This document shows positions 25,135 to 37,559 of a DNA stretch of 64,000 nt, piece after piece. Each line of letters starts with the position of its first letter. Positions within the stretch are counted from its first letter, which is position 1. The stretch is taken from contig MU054323.1 in assembly GCA_013239625.1 (NCBI GenBank), positions 12,159,694-12,223,693 on the forward strand. The letters run 5' to 3'. The position numbers were made by a program, and so were the translations under genes. This DNA is from Lama guanicoe. Its lineage: Eukaryota. The notes beneath the pieces are model-generated. The model was given only the letters and a program-made list of their open reading frames with translations. It had not been told where the DNA came from and did no database searches.

Positions 25135-27470
25135 TGTGACGTTTAAAATATAGAGAGAAATAAGGTGTATAACAACAATGTAAAGACAGGAAGGGGTTAA
25201 ATCAAATTAAGTATTCCAAGACTCTATTTTTGTTAAGAAATGGCAAAAATAATCATTTATGTTAGAGTGTAATAAGTCAAGGATGCATGTTGTAATCCCT
25301 ATGGTAACCACTAAAATAATAGTAAAATAACACATAATTAACCAATTAATTTTTTAAAGGATAGGGTAAAATAATTTAAAATATCTGATTAGTCCAAAAG
25401 AATGCAAGAAGGAAATAAAGACGAACATAAAAACAGATAAGTCAAATAGAAAACTAACAGTGAGATGATAGACACAAGCCCAGATTTATCTGTAGCTCCA
25501 TTATCTGTAAATTGACTAAATCTCCAATCAAGATACAGAAGGACACTACACTGGATTTTTAAAATCCTATACCTATAACAGACATATTTTAACTACCAAG
25601 TCACAGAAAGATTGAAAGCGGCAGGTCAGAAAAAGATATACTATGCAAACACTCACCCCAAAAATGTTTGTGTAACTAGACTAATATCAGATGAAGAATA
25701 CAGAAAGACGAAAAATATTACCAGAGGAAAAGTGAACATTTCATATGGTAAAGATCCACTCAGAAGATATAACAAACTTAAACACATGTATACCATAACA
25801 TCGCTTAAAATATATGAAGCAAAAATTGACAAAATCAAAAACAGAAGCAGACAGATCCAAAATCACAGAGACTTTAACATACCTCTCTTGCTCACTGACA
25901 GAACAAACATTCAAGAAATCAGTAAGGCTCATAGAACATAATTAACAAATTTAACCTCATTAATATACATAACAGATATACAGAATATTGCACTCAACAA
26001 TGGCATAAAACAATCTTTTCAAGTATATGTGGAACATCTGGCAAAACTGAACACTTGTCGAATTGTGAAGCAAGAATATCTGTTTGCTAGGGCTGCCATA
26101 ACAAAGTACCACAAACTGGGTGGCTTAAACAACAGAAATTTATTCTGTCAGTTGTGGCTAACAGTCTGAGATCAAGGTGTCGGCAGGATTGATTCCTTCT
26201 GTGGTCTGTGAGGGAGAAATTTGTTACACTCCTCTCTCCTAGCTTTGCTGGCGATCTTTGGTGTTCCTTGGCTTGTAGATGCATCACCCCAATCCTCTGC
26301 CTTCATCTTTCCATGGTGTTCTCCTGGTATGTTTCTGTGTCTGTGTCCCAGTTTCCCCTTTTTTATAAGGACACAGTCATATTGGATTAGGGCTGCCCCC
26401 CCCCACGCAATGACCTCATCTTAACTTGGAAATCTGCTACGACCCTATTTCCAAATAAGGTCACATTCACAGGTACTGAAGATTAGGAGTCTGACACCTT
26501 TTGGGAGGCACAATTCAACCCACAACAGCAAACCTCAACAAATCTGAAATGATAGAAATTACTCAGCACACTAACCATAGTGAAATTATGCTATAAATCA
26601 ATGTGAAAATATCTACCAGAAATTCTCCAAATGCTTGGAAATTAAGTAGCAATATGTCTAGTGACCCATTGGTGAAAGCAGAAAACACAAATGAAATTAG
26701 AAACTATTCTGGGCTACATGGTAACATCAAAACTTGAAAACACAGCTAAAGCAGTGCTTAAAGAAGACTCTAAACCTTAAATGTGTATGTTACTTAAAAA
26801 GCAAAGCTGAAAATCAATTATTAAAGCATTAAACTCTACAGATTAGGAAAAAAAAGAGCAAATTAAACCTAAAAGAATAAAAGGAATTTCTAAAGATAAG
26901 ATTAGACATTAATGACATAGAAAACAATCCTACAAAGGAAAACAAAAAAGCCAAAATGTTTTTGGAAAAAAAATGTAATAAGATTCACAGACCTCTAGCA
27001 ACACTCAATGGGAAAAAAGGCACAAATTACCAGTATCATGATTATTAAAGGAGATACTGCTAGAGTTCCTACAAATATCAAAGTATGTTATAAATGAGTT
27101 CATATCAATAAGTTTTAATTTTTAGATGACATGAAAAATTCCTTGAAAAGCAAAAGTTATCAAAACTGAAACAAGAAAAAGAAAATCTGCTATCTCCTAA
27201 ACAAATTGAACTGTTAATTCGAAACCTCCCCACAAAGAAATCTCTAGGACAAGATGACTTCACTGGTAGATTCTTCCAAATATTTTAGAAATAATACTAA
27301 TACACAATTGCTTCCAGAAAATAGAAAAGGTGGAAACATTTTTCAGCTTGTGAGTTATAAAACCTAATAAGGTCACTACCATGACAACAGTAAAGACCTA
27401 TAAGCCAATCTCTCATGAACACAAACGCAAAAAATTTTTTTTAAAAAAGCCAATAAAAGCTAGCCATATG
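25135..27470 (+). mobile_element. Old L1 inter-ORF/ORF2 endonuclease region
   Basis: Peptide KKIYYANT (25612 ORF); 'agactttaacatacctctct', 'gatgacttcactggtagattcttccaaa'. Confidence 0.85.
26075..26527 (-). mobile_element. MLT1C-like MaLR solo LTR inside L1
   Basis: 'gctagggctgccataacaaagtaccacaaactgggtggcttaaacaacagaaatttatt...caattcaacccacaaca'; approximate 5-bp TSD gcaag/gcaaa. Confidence 0.85.
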
Positions 27471-27482
27471 TATGTGTGTGTA

Positions 27483-28357
27483 TGAGCAGTCCTCACTTTG
27501 CACAGTAGTATGGGACCTTAAAAATGACCATGCAAGTTGAAACCATGCAAAGTGATTTAATAATCAATGGAACAATTACAATTGTTCCAGAGGCCTTAAA
27601 ATTTTTGTCAAAACATTAAAAACTCTCTTACTCTTAGTTCTAAGCATATAAGTAAATGAAACATAGTAAAGGTAATATTTATTTAGTATACTGTAATTTA
27701 ACATTGAGAATTATAGTGCCTTCTTTGTTAAAAAAAATGTTATCAAGCGTAGTTCAAATAGTGCTTGCCTTCTTGTATGTTTATGATACAAAGTAAGATT
27801 TTTTTCTATGCCTTGGTGAAGGCAGAACTCATCTAAAGTCTCTGGAACAATGGTCATGTCAACATTCCCACAGTCAGCTATTGCTTCTACAATTCTATTC
27901 ATATTCAACTCAAATTTCACTTTCAGTGTTAACACTTCTTGTTTCTTTTTGGCACTTTCATCTTTGTTGTGCAATTCCGTCTTTCAATTTTCATTCAATT
28001 TTTTTTCAATTAAAAAGTGTAATGTCACATGATTTTATCACTGGGAATAAGGAAGCAACACAACTACAGAAGGCTCTCCTGACCCTGCATGACCTGAGTA
28101 ACAGGTGCCCAGGGACCAATCACTGACAGACTGAAAGAAGGGATGTGACTGGTCAGTGATCACAACATGCATGTTATTTACATAACGATCTGTAGACTAA
28201 AAAGTTTGCTGCAAAGCTGGTACTTTACATAATTCTTCTCAGTTACTATATGTGGTAACTGAAATTTGAACTGTTGTTGGGAGACTGCTTTTATGTAACT
28301 AAATTATGTTCATGGAAATTCGTACTTATTAGAACCATGCAAAGTGAAGAGGGCCTG
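27483..28357 (-). mobile_element. Tigger-family non-autonomous DNA transposon with both TIRs
   Basis: TA flanks; inverted termini 'cctcactttgca' / 'tgcaaagtgaag'; minus-strand remnant KKKQEVLTLKVKFE resembles a Tigger transposase N-terminus. Confidence 0.75.
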
Positions 28358-29299
28358 TATACTGAAATCGTACTGACTCCACGTCCCTGATAGAAAGGAA
28401 GAAAAGAGTAAACTCCACACTGGGCTCCAAGTTATACTGGCCCATCTGGTCAGTTAAGTTTTATCAGATTATGCAGGCCCAATTAGTTCTTTTCACTAAT
28501 TCCCCGGGACGCAAAGAAAGGCACTCTGAGAGCACTAGGGAGGCTGGTGCCCAGCTTCTAATCCAGCGTGTTCCATTCATCATCAAATGCACATGCTGTG
28601 CCTTCCAATTATACTGATGGCTTATAAAAACGTTTTTTTCCCCTTCTTGTGTGTGATTTTTTTAAGAAAAAAATGCACTTTGTACCATTTTAGGATTAAA
28701 ATTTCCTATAGAGAAAACCACCTTCCATTTAATTATGAAAATTAACAGGAAAATATCTTTAATTCCAAAAGTTTGCTTTAGGGCTAACTTTTCATAAGCA
28801 CACTTACACTCACTCAGGTCAGTAAGCTAACAGGACAATCTCATCTGCCTCTCGCCCGCACATTACCTCTCGCTGCCGCTCCCCACTCACAGGGATAACT
28901 GTGCTTCCTTCTTTCCCTCTTCCAGAAGCCTGTGGATGAGCACAGGACTCATGTGACTGTAACCTGAGCGGAGGGGTCCCTCTGGGAGCACCGCCGGGCC
29001 CGAGGCCAGTGCTGGGCCCCCCAGAGGCTGTTCGAGGAGAAAAGCACAAGCAGGGTCCAACCACCTAAAAAGTGCGTATTTCTTTCTATCTAACCATGGA
29101 AAAAGCTCTAACAGAGACCTTAAAACTGATCTTCAAATGCGACTGACAACCTCAGGGGACCCTAAGAGACAAAGATGGGACAAAGGAGAGGAGTGGGTAC
29201 AACACAGCTAGAGGGTTCTGTCAGCGGAAATGAAAATAGAGGCTGGGTAATAAAATAGTCTAACCTGGTTGGGTTTTTTTCTTTTCCTTTGTGCTTCCT

Positions 29300-29610
29300 C
29301 CAGTTGCGCCGGCTCTCAGGGTGCCACCTGCAGAGGGCTCACAGCAGGCACCTGAGAGGAGAGCTCGCGGTGAGCAACGGGTGCGTGGACCCCTCAGCTC
29401 GCCGGCCTGTGCAGAGCGCCGCGCGCCCTCTGCGGGGCAAGATGGCGGCGGTGGCGGCGGCGGGCCGTGTGCAGAGAGGCTGTGCCCTGGCGCCCGGGCA
29501 GCGGCGCCCACCCCCGCGCCGCGCGCTCCGCCCCCTCGCGACTGGGAGCCCTGTGCAGCCCCACCCACGGCCTGTCACGCCGAGCGCAGTGATCTCCAGA
29601 GCGGAGCTCA
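29300..29610. promoter_or_regulatory. CpG island, probable promoter (gene unidentified; minus-strand transcription favoured)
   Basis: Only dense CpG/GC block in the window; YY1 motif CAAGATGGCGGC 29438-29449; GC box ctccgcccc ~29527; CTCF-like motifs 29321-29340 and 29423-29436; weaker CpG shoulder to ~28850. Confidence 0.85.
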
Positions 29611-32239
29611 CTCCTCTCTATCCTTTGATCAAAGGGTAAAATTCTTTAGCTTCTGAACTGAATTCTGTCCCATGCTCTTGGCTCCAACGACACCAGGCAG
29701 AAGGACTCTTGTTGGGGACCAAGTCAGGAGAGCGGGTAACAGTTCCAGTTCAAATCCTAAAGAGCCCAACTCATTCTGTTACCACGCAGGTTCTTGGACT
29801 CTTTAATCAGTAAAATTGGTAGGAGGCCAGACAAGGCATTTGGACAAGGCTTTCCTGGAAGAGAAAATAACAGGTTCCCTTGCTTGCTTCTTGAGGGGAG
29901 GGGGCAGAGAGGAGCAAGCTGGACCCCTAACTGGGGTGAGGGTTGGGATGCATGTGTGGGTTGGGCTGGAGGGGTGGCTTAGGTGGCCTGCCCACCCCCT
30001 TGGCGGTGCCCAGTGCAGGGCTCATGCGTAGTGCCCTGCTTTTGCTCCCAGCAGGCACCTCAGAAGCAGAAGTTGGGTTTTGGCCTTTTCCTATCTTACT
30101 GTTCCTAATTTGCCCCGCATAGCGTCTTTGTATTGTGTTACTCGAGAAGACTTTTGTCTAGGTGCAAGCATTCCAGTCAAGCATCCCAGGTCCCAGCTTG
30201 TCTCAACTCCAACACAGCTGGCTCTGTCCCTGATGCCGCCCACCCACAGACAAGATGCAGAAAGCCCTGAAGTCCCTTCACCTCCTTGGATGACTTTCTG
30301 TCTGCATCAGTGAAAGTTGCAGGGTGTTCCCTCCCTCAGTTCTCCCTTCATCATGCTTCTTCCAGCAATCAGCTTGTTCAGTCTGAAAGTGATAGCTTTG
30401 TTAGGAAATTACTGAGTGTAAAACCCACTTTGAAAGCAGGTAAATTCAGAGTTCAGGGTTATAACCTTATACAGCATTTCTCTTTTCCAAGTCACCCTTC
30501 GGTCCAAAGCCTTAATGTTCTCATGAGTCCTCTCAGCCTCTTGGAAAGTCAAGCCTTTTCTGCCTGGGTCCCAGTGACTCCCTTTGAAGGCAATCTCAGC
30601 GGCTGCACCACTTTCCACTCTAAGAATTAGCAAATCTTTGACTACCAGCCTGCAGTTTCAGTTGCTCCAAACCATCTCTTTTCTGACAACCACTATGGTG
30701 TCAGCTCCTTTATCATAGTCTGCCCTCAAACTTCTCTTGAATTCCTTTCAGTTTCTTCACAGCCCATTGCAACCATCTTCCTGAGGACTCCTTTAAGGTT
30801 TCTGATATCCTGGGGAGGAGGGCTGGGGGAGCAGCTAGCCCTCCCCTCAGAGACCCTCCCTTCCTCTTCTTCCTGGGGCTTCCTTCTGTTATCTTTGCGT
30901 CCTCTTCAAGTGGGCCAGTTCTCCAGCTTCAGGAGCAGAAATACACAGTTATCCTTTAACCCCAGTGAAAACCAGGTCCCAGCAGCCTGAAGCCAACAGA
31001 GGACAGGAAGTACCCTTCCAAATTGCACATGGCTCTTGACCAAGAAAGAAACAGATTTCTTTATGCCCCAACACCCAGCCATGTGCTCTAAAATGACTCC
31101 TAGATGAAAGTGTTCTCCCCCAAGCAGAGCCATAGAAAGAAGGGAAGAAGTTGAGGGCTGTGAGGAGAGTAACTGTAAGATTCTTCAGATAGAAGGCACT
31201 CAGAAATTAGGTGCTGGAAGGCCATCCTGGTGTTTTTAATGCTGGCCCCCTGTTTGGACATCCAGTCGTGGGGGTTCTGTACGGTGAGCCTTAATCGTTG
31301 ATGTTGCCCTGCAAAGGCACTGTGCAAGGCACCGGGAGAGGACAGGATAAGAAAGACAGGATTCCCTGCCCTTAGGGATCCTGCAGCTAAGACAGAAACT
31401 GAAGGCAATGCAAAATGGGGCAACATTTAGTGGCACAGTATAAGATGCCAAGCACTGGAAGGTCTGTATTGGAAAAGCAGTTATCTTCACATGAAGGATG
31501 AAAAAATGTTTTTGAAGGCAACAGAATTTGAACTTGGATTTAGAGAAGGAAAGGGAATTGATCAGAGAGGAAATCAAAAAGCACAGCCCTGGCAGAGGTG
31601 ACTTCATGAGAGAAGTAGAAAGAGGAAAGCTCAGAGTGTATTCCCAGAACAGAAAGGCTGTGGAGTTGGGCTGAGGAGCAGGGAAGGGTATGTGCAGGTC
31701 CATGCTACGCGGCCCTTGCCCTGGTGTCCTAAGGCTGCTGGGCACAAACCATGACCCAGAGGAAGTCGCTTTTGTTTACCAGGTCAAAGAACACAAGCCC
31801 TTGCTTCATTTGTCATCTGTGGCCACCTCTCCACATTCTCTGCCCCCACCTTCCTCTTTTGCTTTATTAATGAGTACAAGGTTCATTTTCACAGGCAACC
31901 ATTGAAACAAAAAACCTGACTTCTATATCAAGGGAAACTTTTTTAAAAAGCTCATCTTAAAAAGCTGCCTCTTAAAACATTTGCTCTGATGGAATTTTCT
32001 TAGTTGTTCTCATGTATGGGAAATAGCAAACAAAAGACAGATAATATAAAGTTCTGAGATCTTGGCAGAGAGATGCAGGCTTGAGTTTGGTCAGTGAGTC
32101 TGGCCAAGAAGTGCATAACACGGTCCACAGTGCAGACCTCCTCAGAGGTCACTTTGCTGGCGTGAACTCTGCCAGAGACCTCAGTGGGGCTCACAGGATC
32201 GTGGTTTCCTACCACAGTCAGACATCTGCGTGGCTTCAT

Positions 32240-32650
32240 AAAAAGGGCCCCAGAACAGAACCTAGGGGTCCTGGAGTCATATCCTGGACCTACCATAACC
32301 CTCCGTGTGACTTGCAGCAAGTCACTTCATGCCTCCATGCTTCAGTTTCTTTCTCCCCAAAATGAAGTATCTTGCTGCTCTCAAGGGCAGTGTAATCTTT
32401 CTTTTCTCAAGGAAAGGTTAGGGTTAACCTAACCCAAGAGTTAACCCAACCCAAGAGTGCTCAAATAAATCTTAACTCTGCCCCCTTTTAAATGCATAAG
32501 TTGGGAGAAGTTACTTAACCTATGTGAGCTTGTTTTTCTCCCCTGAAAAAGGAATGAATATTACCTACCTGAAGTTGCTGTGGGGAAATCAATGAGGCAA
32601 TGCATGTAAAAATGCCCGGCACGATATCCAGAAAAGAATTGGTACTTGAT
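32240..32650 (+). mobile_element. Two MIR fragments
   Basis: 'tgtgacttgcagcaagtcactt...cttcagtttc' and 'aagttacttaacctatgtgagcttgtttttctc'. Confidence 0.65.
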
Positions 32651-33381
32651 GTCCTCCTCCATGACTCTTTAAAGGGTCATGTTGAGTTATGATGTTCTGT
32701 GTTTCCACCAAGTAAGTTCCCCACATGTTATCAAGGAGTCTGCAAACATAGCATGGATGGAATTCACCAGACAAAAATCAAAGCAAACATTTTCAGCAGA
32801 AGGCCAATAGAGGATTAGGTTAATGGGCCAAATCCCCTGATTTAGGATGCACTTTCCTCTGTGCCAGTGTTTCCTAATCATGCTTGTTAAAAACACCCAA
32901 GCCATCATCTGGAGATTACAAAGCAGCAAGTCTGGAGAAAGACCTGGGAATCGGAATATGTAACTAGCACCTACACCCCCCAAACCCTGAAGGAGTGCTT
33001 ATCCCAGAGTCAAATCTGAGAAACAGCAGTTGATACAGTTCCTTTTGAATTCCCAACCACCCACTTCTCCATTCTCTGGCCTGCTGTGGCTGCTGGCTTG
33101 ACTGCCCACCGCTGGCATCTATGTGCCACCTGGAATTATTTTTTCAATCCCTACATCAGTTCTGCTGCTCCTCAGCCAGCTCTGTATATTTGGGGATTGA
33201 CACAGCATCTGTGTTACAAAGGTGTGCCAACTCCTTCCTCCCCTCTAGAGATTTCCAGCTATATGTACCCTTGTTAAGCTGAGTCCAGGAAGACGCTCAC
33301 ATGTCAGTTTCCCATTCGTAGTAGTTTGGGTTAAAGATGTATTTGGAAAGAAAATCAGAATTAAAGGCTAAAGAAGGCAAC

Positions 33382-33900
33382 TGTTACCAGGTCTGAGCTC
33401 ATACTGCTTGCCAAACAACAGGCCAATACATTTATTGGTGTTGAGGCAAAGAATAGTGACTTTATTTGGAAAGCCAGCAGACCAAGAACCATCTTACTCA
33501 AGTTAGAATTCAGGCTTCTTTTATACTAAAAGGGGAGGAGAGGTGGCTGGTTGTTGCAAACTTCTTGGTGCTGGCCAGACCTCACAGGGGATGTGATGAT
33601 CTTTTGTTCTTGCAGTTGTCCACATGGTCATAATGTTCCTGTAAGCCTCCAATAAGACAAAAGTTATTCTCTGTACTAAAACTTTGTATCTCTATATGAA
33701 TGGAAGAGTGTTATACCTTTAAAGATTAAGCCTGGGAGACAGAGGCTGGAGAGTGAGCTATCATGTGTATTTCAGACTATAGACAGCATTCTTTAACATG
33801 GGAGCAGAGTCGGCTTGACTAAGCACAGGCAACAGAGCACAAGGGTTAGAGCTAAAGGGAGGGATCCAATATGGAGTCAGGTTTGTTCTTCTCTGTTACA
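33382..33900 (-). mobile_element. ERV solo LTR (ERV1-like)
   Basis: TGTTA...TTACA termini; antisense AATAAA (~33461) and TATAAAA (~33519); TSD imperfect (caac/cagt). Confidence 0.75.
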
Positions 33901-36170
33901 CAGTCAGTTTTCAAATATCCTTATTTTCCATTAATATCATTACTGGAGACTTTCAACATTTGTCCGGGGCCTGTCAAACTTCTTCAGCTCACAGCACTGC
34001 TAGAAGGCTGATTGAACCAATCATTGCACTTTTTGGAAAAGGTTCATAGTCCTGTCACACCTGTCAAAACACAGACCTTAGGTTGATGACAGTCACAAAG
34101 TAGCACACATCCCAGATCAAGCCTGCCCAGTGACCCCCACAATGCCCCCCACGGATACCATGTGGCTCACAGCACAGCCAGGTGCCTAACCAGCAGCCAC
34201 CCCTCTCCACTCCTGTAGTGACCCTCTGCTCCTGCACCCCACCCTCCTCTCTCCACCTGACCCCCTCTCAGGTTCCCTTCAACTCTGGCCTCTGATTTCA
34301 ACTTTCCAAGTCAGGAGGCTGCAAGGAGACCTGCCTTAGTGCAGCAAGGCCAATGATACACCACAAGTAGCATTCCTCATCTGACCTGCATCTGGTTTCT
34401 CCTGGGATCAGGGATTGACCCTGTGACTGAAATTAAAGTCTCAGCTTAGCCCATCCCTGAGGGTGAGGGAACTGTGTGTCACATCCCTCACTTCAGCCAC
34501 CTTCCACCAGCACAGACCTCTGCATGCTGCCTAGTTGCTGAACTCCCCTGTCTGTCCACCTGTACATCCAACCTCTCTCTGGGCAGATCTCCATGCCCAG
34601 CCTCCCCAGAGATGGAGCTCCACCTGCCTGGCTTCTTCCCACACCTGCTCATGACTCCATCTCCAGCACCAGCCTCTGGTCTCAAGGTTGACTCTGATAG
34701 GGTGTTGAGGGGTAGTTTTATATCTCAGGTACATAGTGGGGTATAATAAAGTCCCCAGGAATCCAGGCTATCTCCACCTGAGTTCATGGGGGTATGTGAG
34801 TATACCCCACACTGAGGCATCTCAGAGACCTAAACTTTGGAGGGAATATCTTGATCCTACTCACGTTGCTTCTACAGGCCTCTGTGCTGCAAAAGAGGGC
34901 TGCTTTCACTCATTCATTCATGTTTGCCAAGAAGCAGGCATCAAGATGGGACTAGGAACGCAAGAGTAATAGGAGAAGGAGCCCGAGGAGGTGAGGTGAG
35001 CCTCCGGCCAAGATGCAAGCCTGGCAATGACAGAAGGACAAAGGCCGGGGAGGAAGAGTTTCAGACCACACAGCAGTTCCGAGAAAGGTTTGGCCAAGTC
35101 AACAGGGAATCCTTGAACCAGAGTCGGGGTGGAGGAGAGCCGCATCTCCCCAGAATGGGCTGGTTTTAGCAACCCCACCACGAACCTGCCATCCACGGGT
35201 GGAGCCTGCGGAAAACGTGAGCTCTGCAGCATTAGGGGCCTGAGGGGCCGCTGCCGGGCCTTCTGTCAGTTATGCTCCAGCAGGAGACGTGAGCAAGCCA
35301 TTCTCGCGGCAGCCACCTGGGCCAGCGGGGAGCATGGGGAAGTGAGAGATCAAGCTGCCAGTGCTTTAACTTAAGAAAGAAAACAGAGCATTTCAGACGG
35401 AAGTCAGTTCTAGAAGGAGGCTGCAAGATTTCAAGATTCTCTGCTTCCCTTGGAATTTGGGTTCTCCCCTACCTGTTTGTCTGTAAGTGGTTAGGAAAGT
35501 GTCTCTGAGCAGGTAGCTGGGATCCAGAATGCAGCCCTGGGGCCAAAAAGGGCCTTGAATTTTTCCAGGAGGTAGTGGGCACAACATGGAGAGGGAGACC
35601 TGTTGATAAGTGACATCAGCCTTTGACTCCACATGTCATTTGGACCCAAAGCCCCAAGCACTCGACCTAAGGCTTACATGGCCTCACCTGTGGCAGTCAG
35701 CCACCACCAAGGCTGCTTAACTCTGACTCAGAAGCAGAAACCTCCTCCCACGCGCTCCTCCCAATCTCCCTGAACACACCCCACAGAGGAGCAGGAATTT
35801 CCTAATTAAGATTTCTAGATTGATCATCTTCACCAAGTTCACAAAAGACAGGCCTCTCTCTATTCTTGACTTTTTAAATGATGTATTTGTAAGATTTGAT
35901 ACATGTGAAAGTATCGATGTGTGTGTACAATGTGTATACGTACGAAACAAATGCGCATGAGCCCACCAACCACCTGTGACGTAATCTGTGGACACATCTT
36001 CCACTCCATTATAAAGCAAATGTTTAAACTGTTTTTTTAAACATCAATCAAGTAGAACAGAATAACTATAACAAAAAATAATATACCAATTAGGTGGATT
36101 ATTAATAATAACAATAGAAGATTAAGAAGAAGAAGATCTAATATGTATTGGGTGATTATTATATACCAGA

Positions 36171-36610
36171 TGTGAGATAATAGAAAATATACATACTGGT
36201 CCCTTTCCCTGGTTCCTGGCACAGAGCTTCTAAAAGCTTTGTAATTCCCTAAGTGATAAGAACACTAGAAGCATCTATTGTTCTAATACCTGTCTTTGAC
36301 CCGATCCCTGACACAGGGCTCCTGAAACCCTTGTAAATTCCAAAGTGAGAAGCGTACTAGGAGTATTTTTTGCTCTAATGAGGTGACCTAGGGTGGGCTC
36401 TTGGATGGCTCCCTGATGGGGCTGATCACCAAAAAGACCAAGCCATGATTAGAAGCTTGGAATTTTCAGCTCCATCTCCCCCTCCTCTAGAGAGGAGAGA
36501 GGCACTGGAAACGGGACTTAATCATTGATCATGCTCACATGAGAAAGCCTCCATAAAAATCCCAACAGTAGGTAGTTCAGAGAGCTTCCAGACTGCCAAA
36601 CACATCCACA
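36171..36610 (+). mobile_element. MER21-like LTR, 3'-truncated
   Basis: 'ggttcctggcacagagcttctaaa...aagaccaagccatgattagaagcttggaattttcagc...gagagcttcc'; internal ~90-bp duplicated unit. Confidence 0.75.
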
Positions 36611-37559
36611 CTTTGTAACTTACCTCCATGTTACATAGATTCTCCTATGTATCAAACATTTTGTAATAAAAATAAACATCATTTACATTATTTTTAAATT
36701 GTAAAAGGAAATGGATAAAGATTCAGCTCACCTTGTGCTATTTCATTTGCATTCAGATCCTATCTCTTCTTACTCTGTAGAAGTTTGAGTCTGGTAAGTT
36801 ATATTTTATGATAGCCATGGGACTGGTGCTTATATCCTCTGTTACTTTTAGCAAATCAGAGCCTATTGTGTGTAGCCAGAAGGCTTCAGCTAATGTGAGA
36901 TAGAGTAAGAAGCAGCCACTTTCAAAGCTCATTTATGACATCTAACATTTGAGAAAGTTGTTGGCATTGTCAACCACCCTCTCATTAAGTTCTGTCCTAG
37001 ACTACAGAACATCAGGAAATAATACAAAAATCACATTTCCTGAGTCTCTCTGAGAATTTAATTTATTTAGTTATGATTAACCCTTGGCCCCTACATCACC
37101 CACTGTGGCAATGGAAAATACATGAATCAAATGTAGTCATCGTGCTACTATACCCCAACTCAAATGTCACCTTCATATGGTGTATTCTCTGATCTCCAGT
37201 AAAAGAGATTTTCTCCTTTATCATGGCCACTTAATGATGACTTAATGATGTTACAGCACTTCTCCAAATAATACAGTTACAATGTATAAGTTACTTAGAT
37301 AGGGATCATGTGCCTAACCTGCTTTATAGCGCCCCCCAGCAGGCGATTTTACAAACAGTGATTGCTTGCTCAACTCATGCCTATCTCAGAGAGGCTAAAA
37401 GTAAAGGGTAAAGAAGGTATCAGGCAAAGGTGTCCATGGGAGAAAGATGTGAGGAACTGAGATAAAGTTACAGAAGAAACAGAACCTGCATGCTCCACAG
37501 AACTCTAAGGGCTGTTAAGTGCCAGAAGAATGAAAGGAAAAATCAACTTCAGGGCTCTT

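Noticed and set aside
27711..27974. Tigger-derived 87-aa ORF as a domesticated gene
   Set aside because: Short remnant of an internally deleted element, with no DDE domain and a non-ATG start
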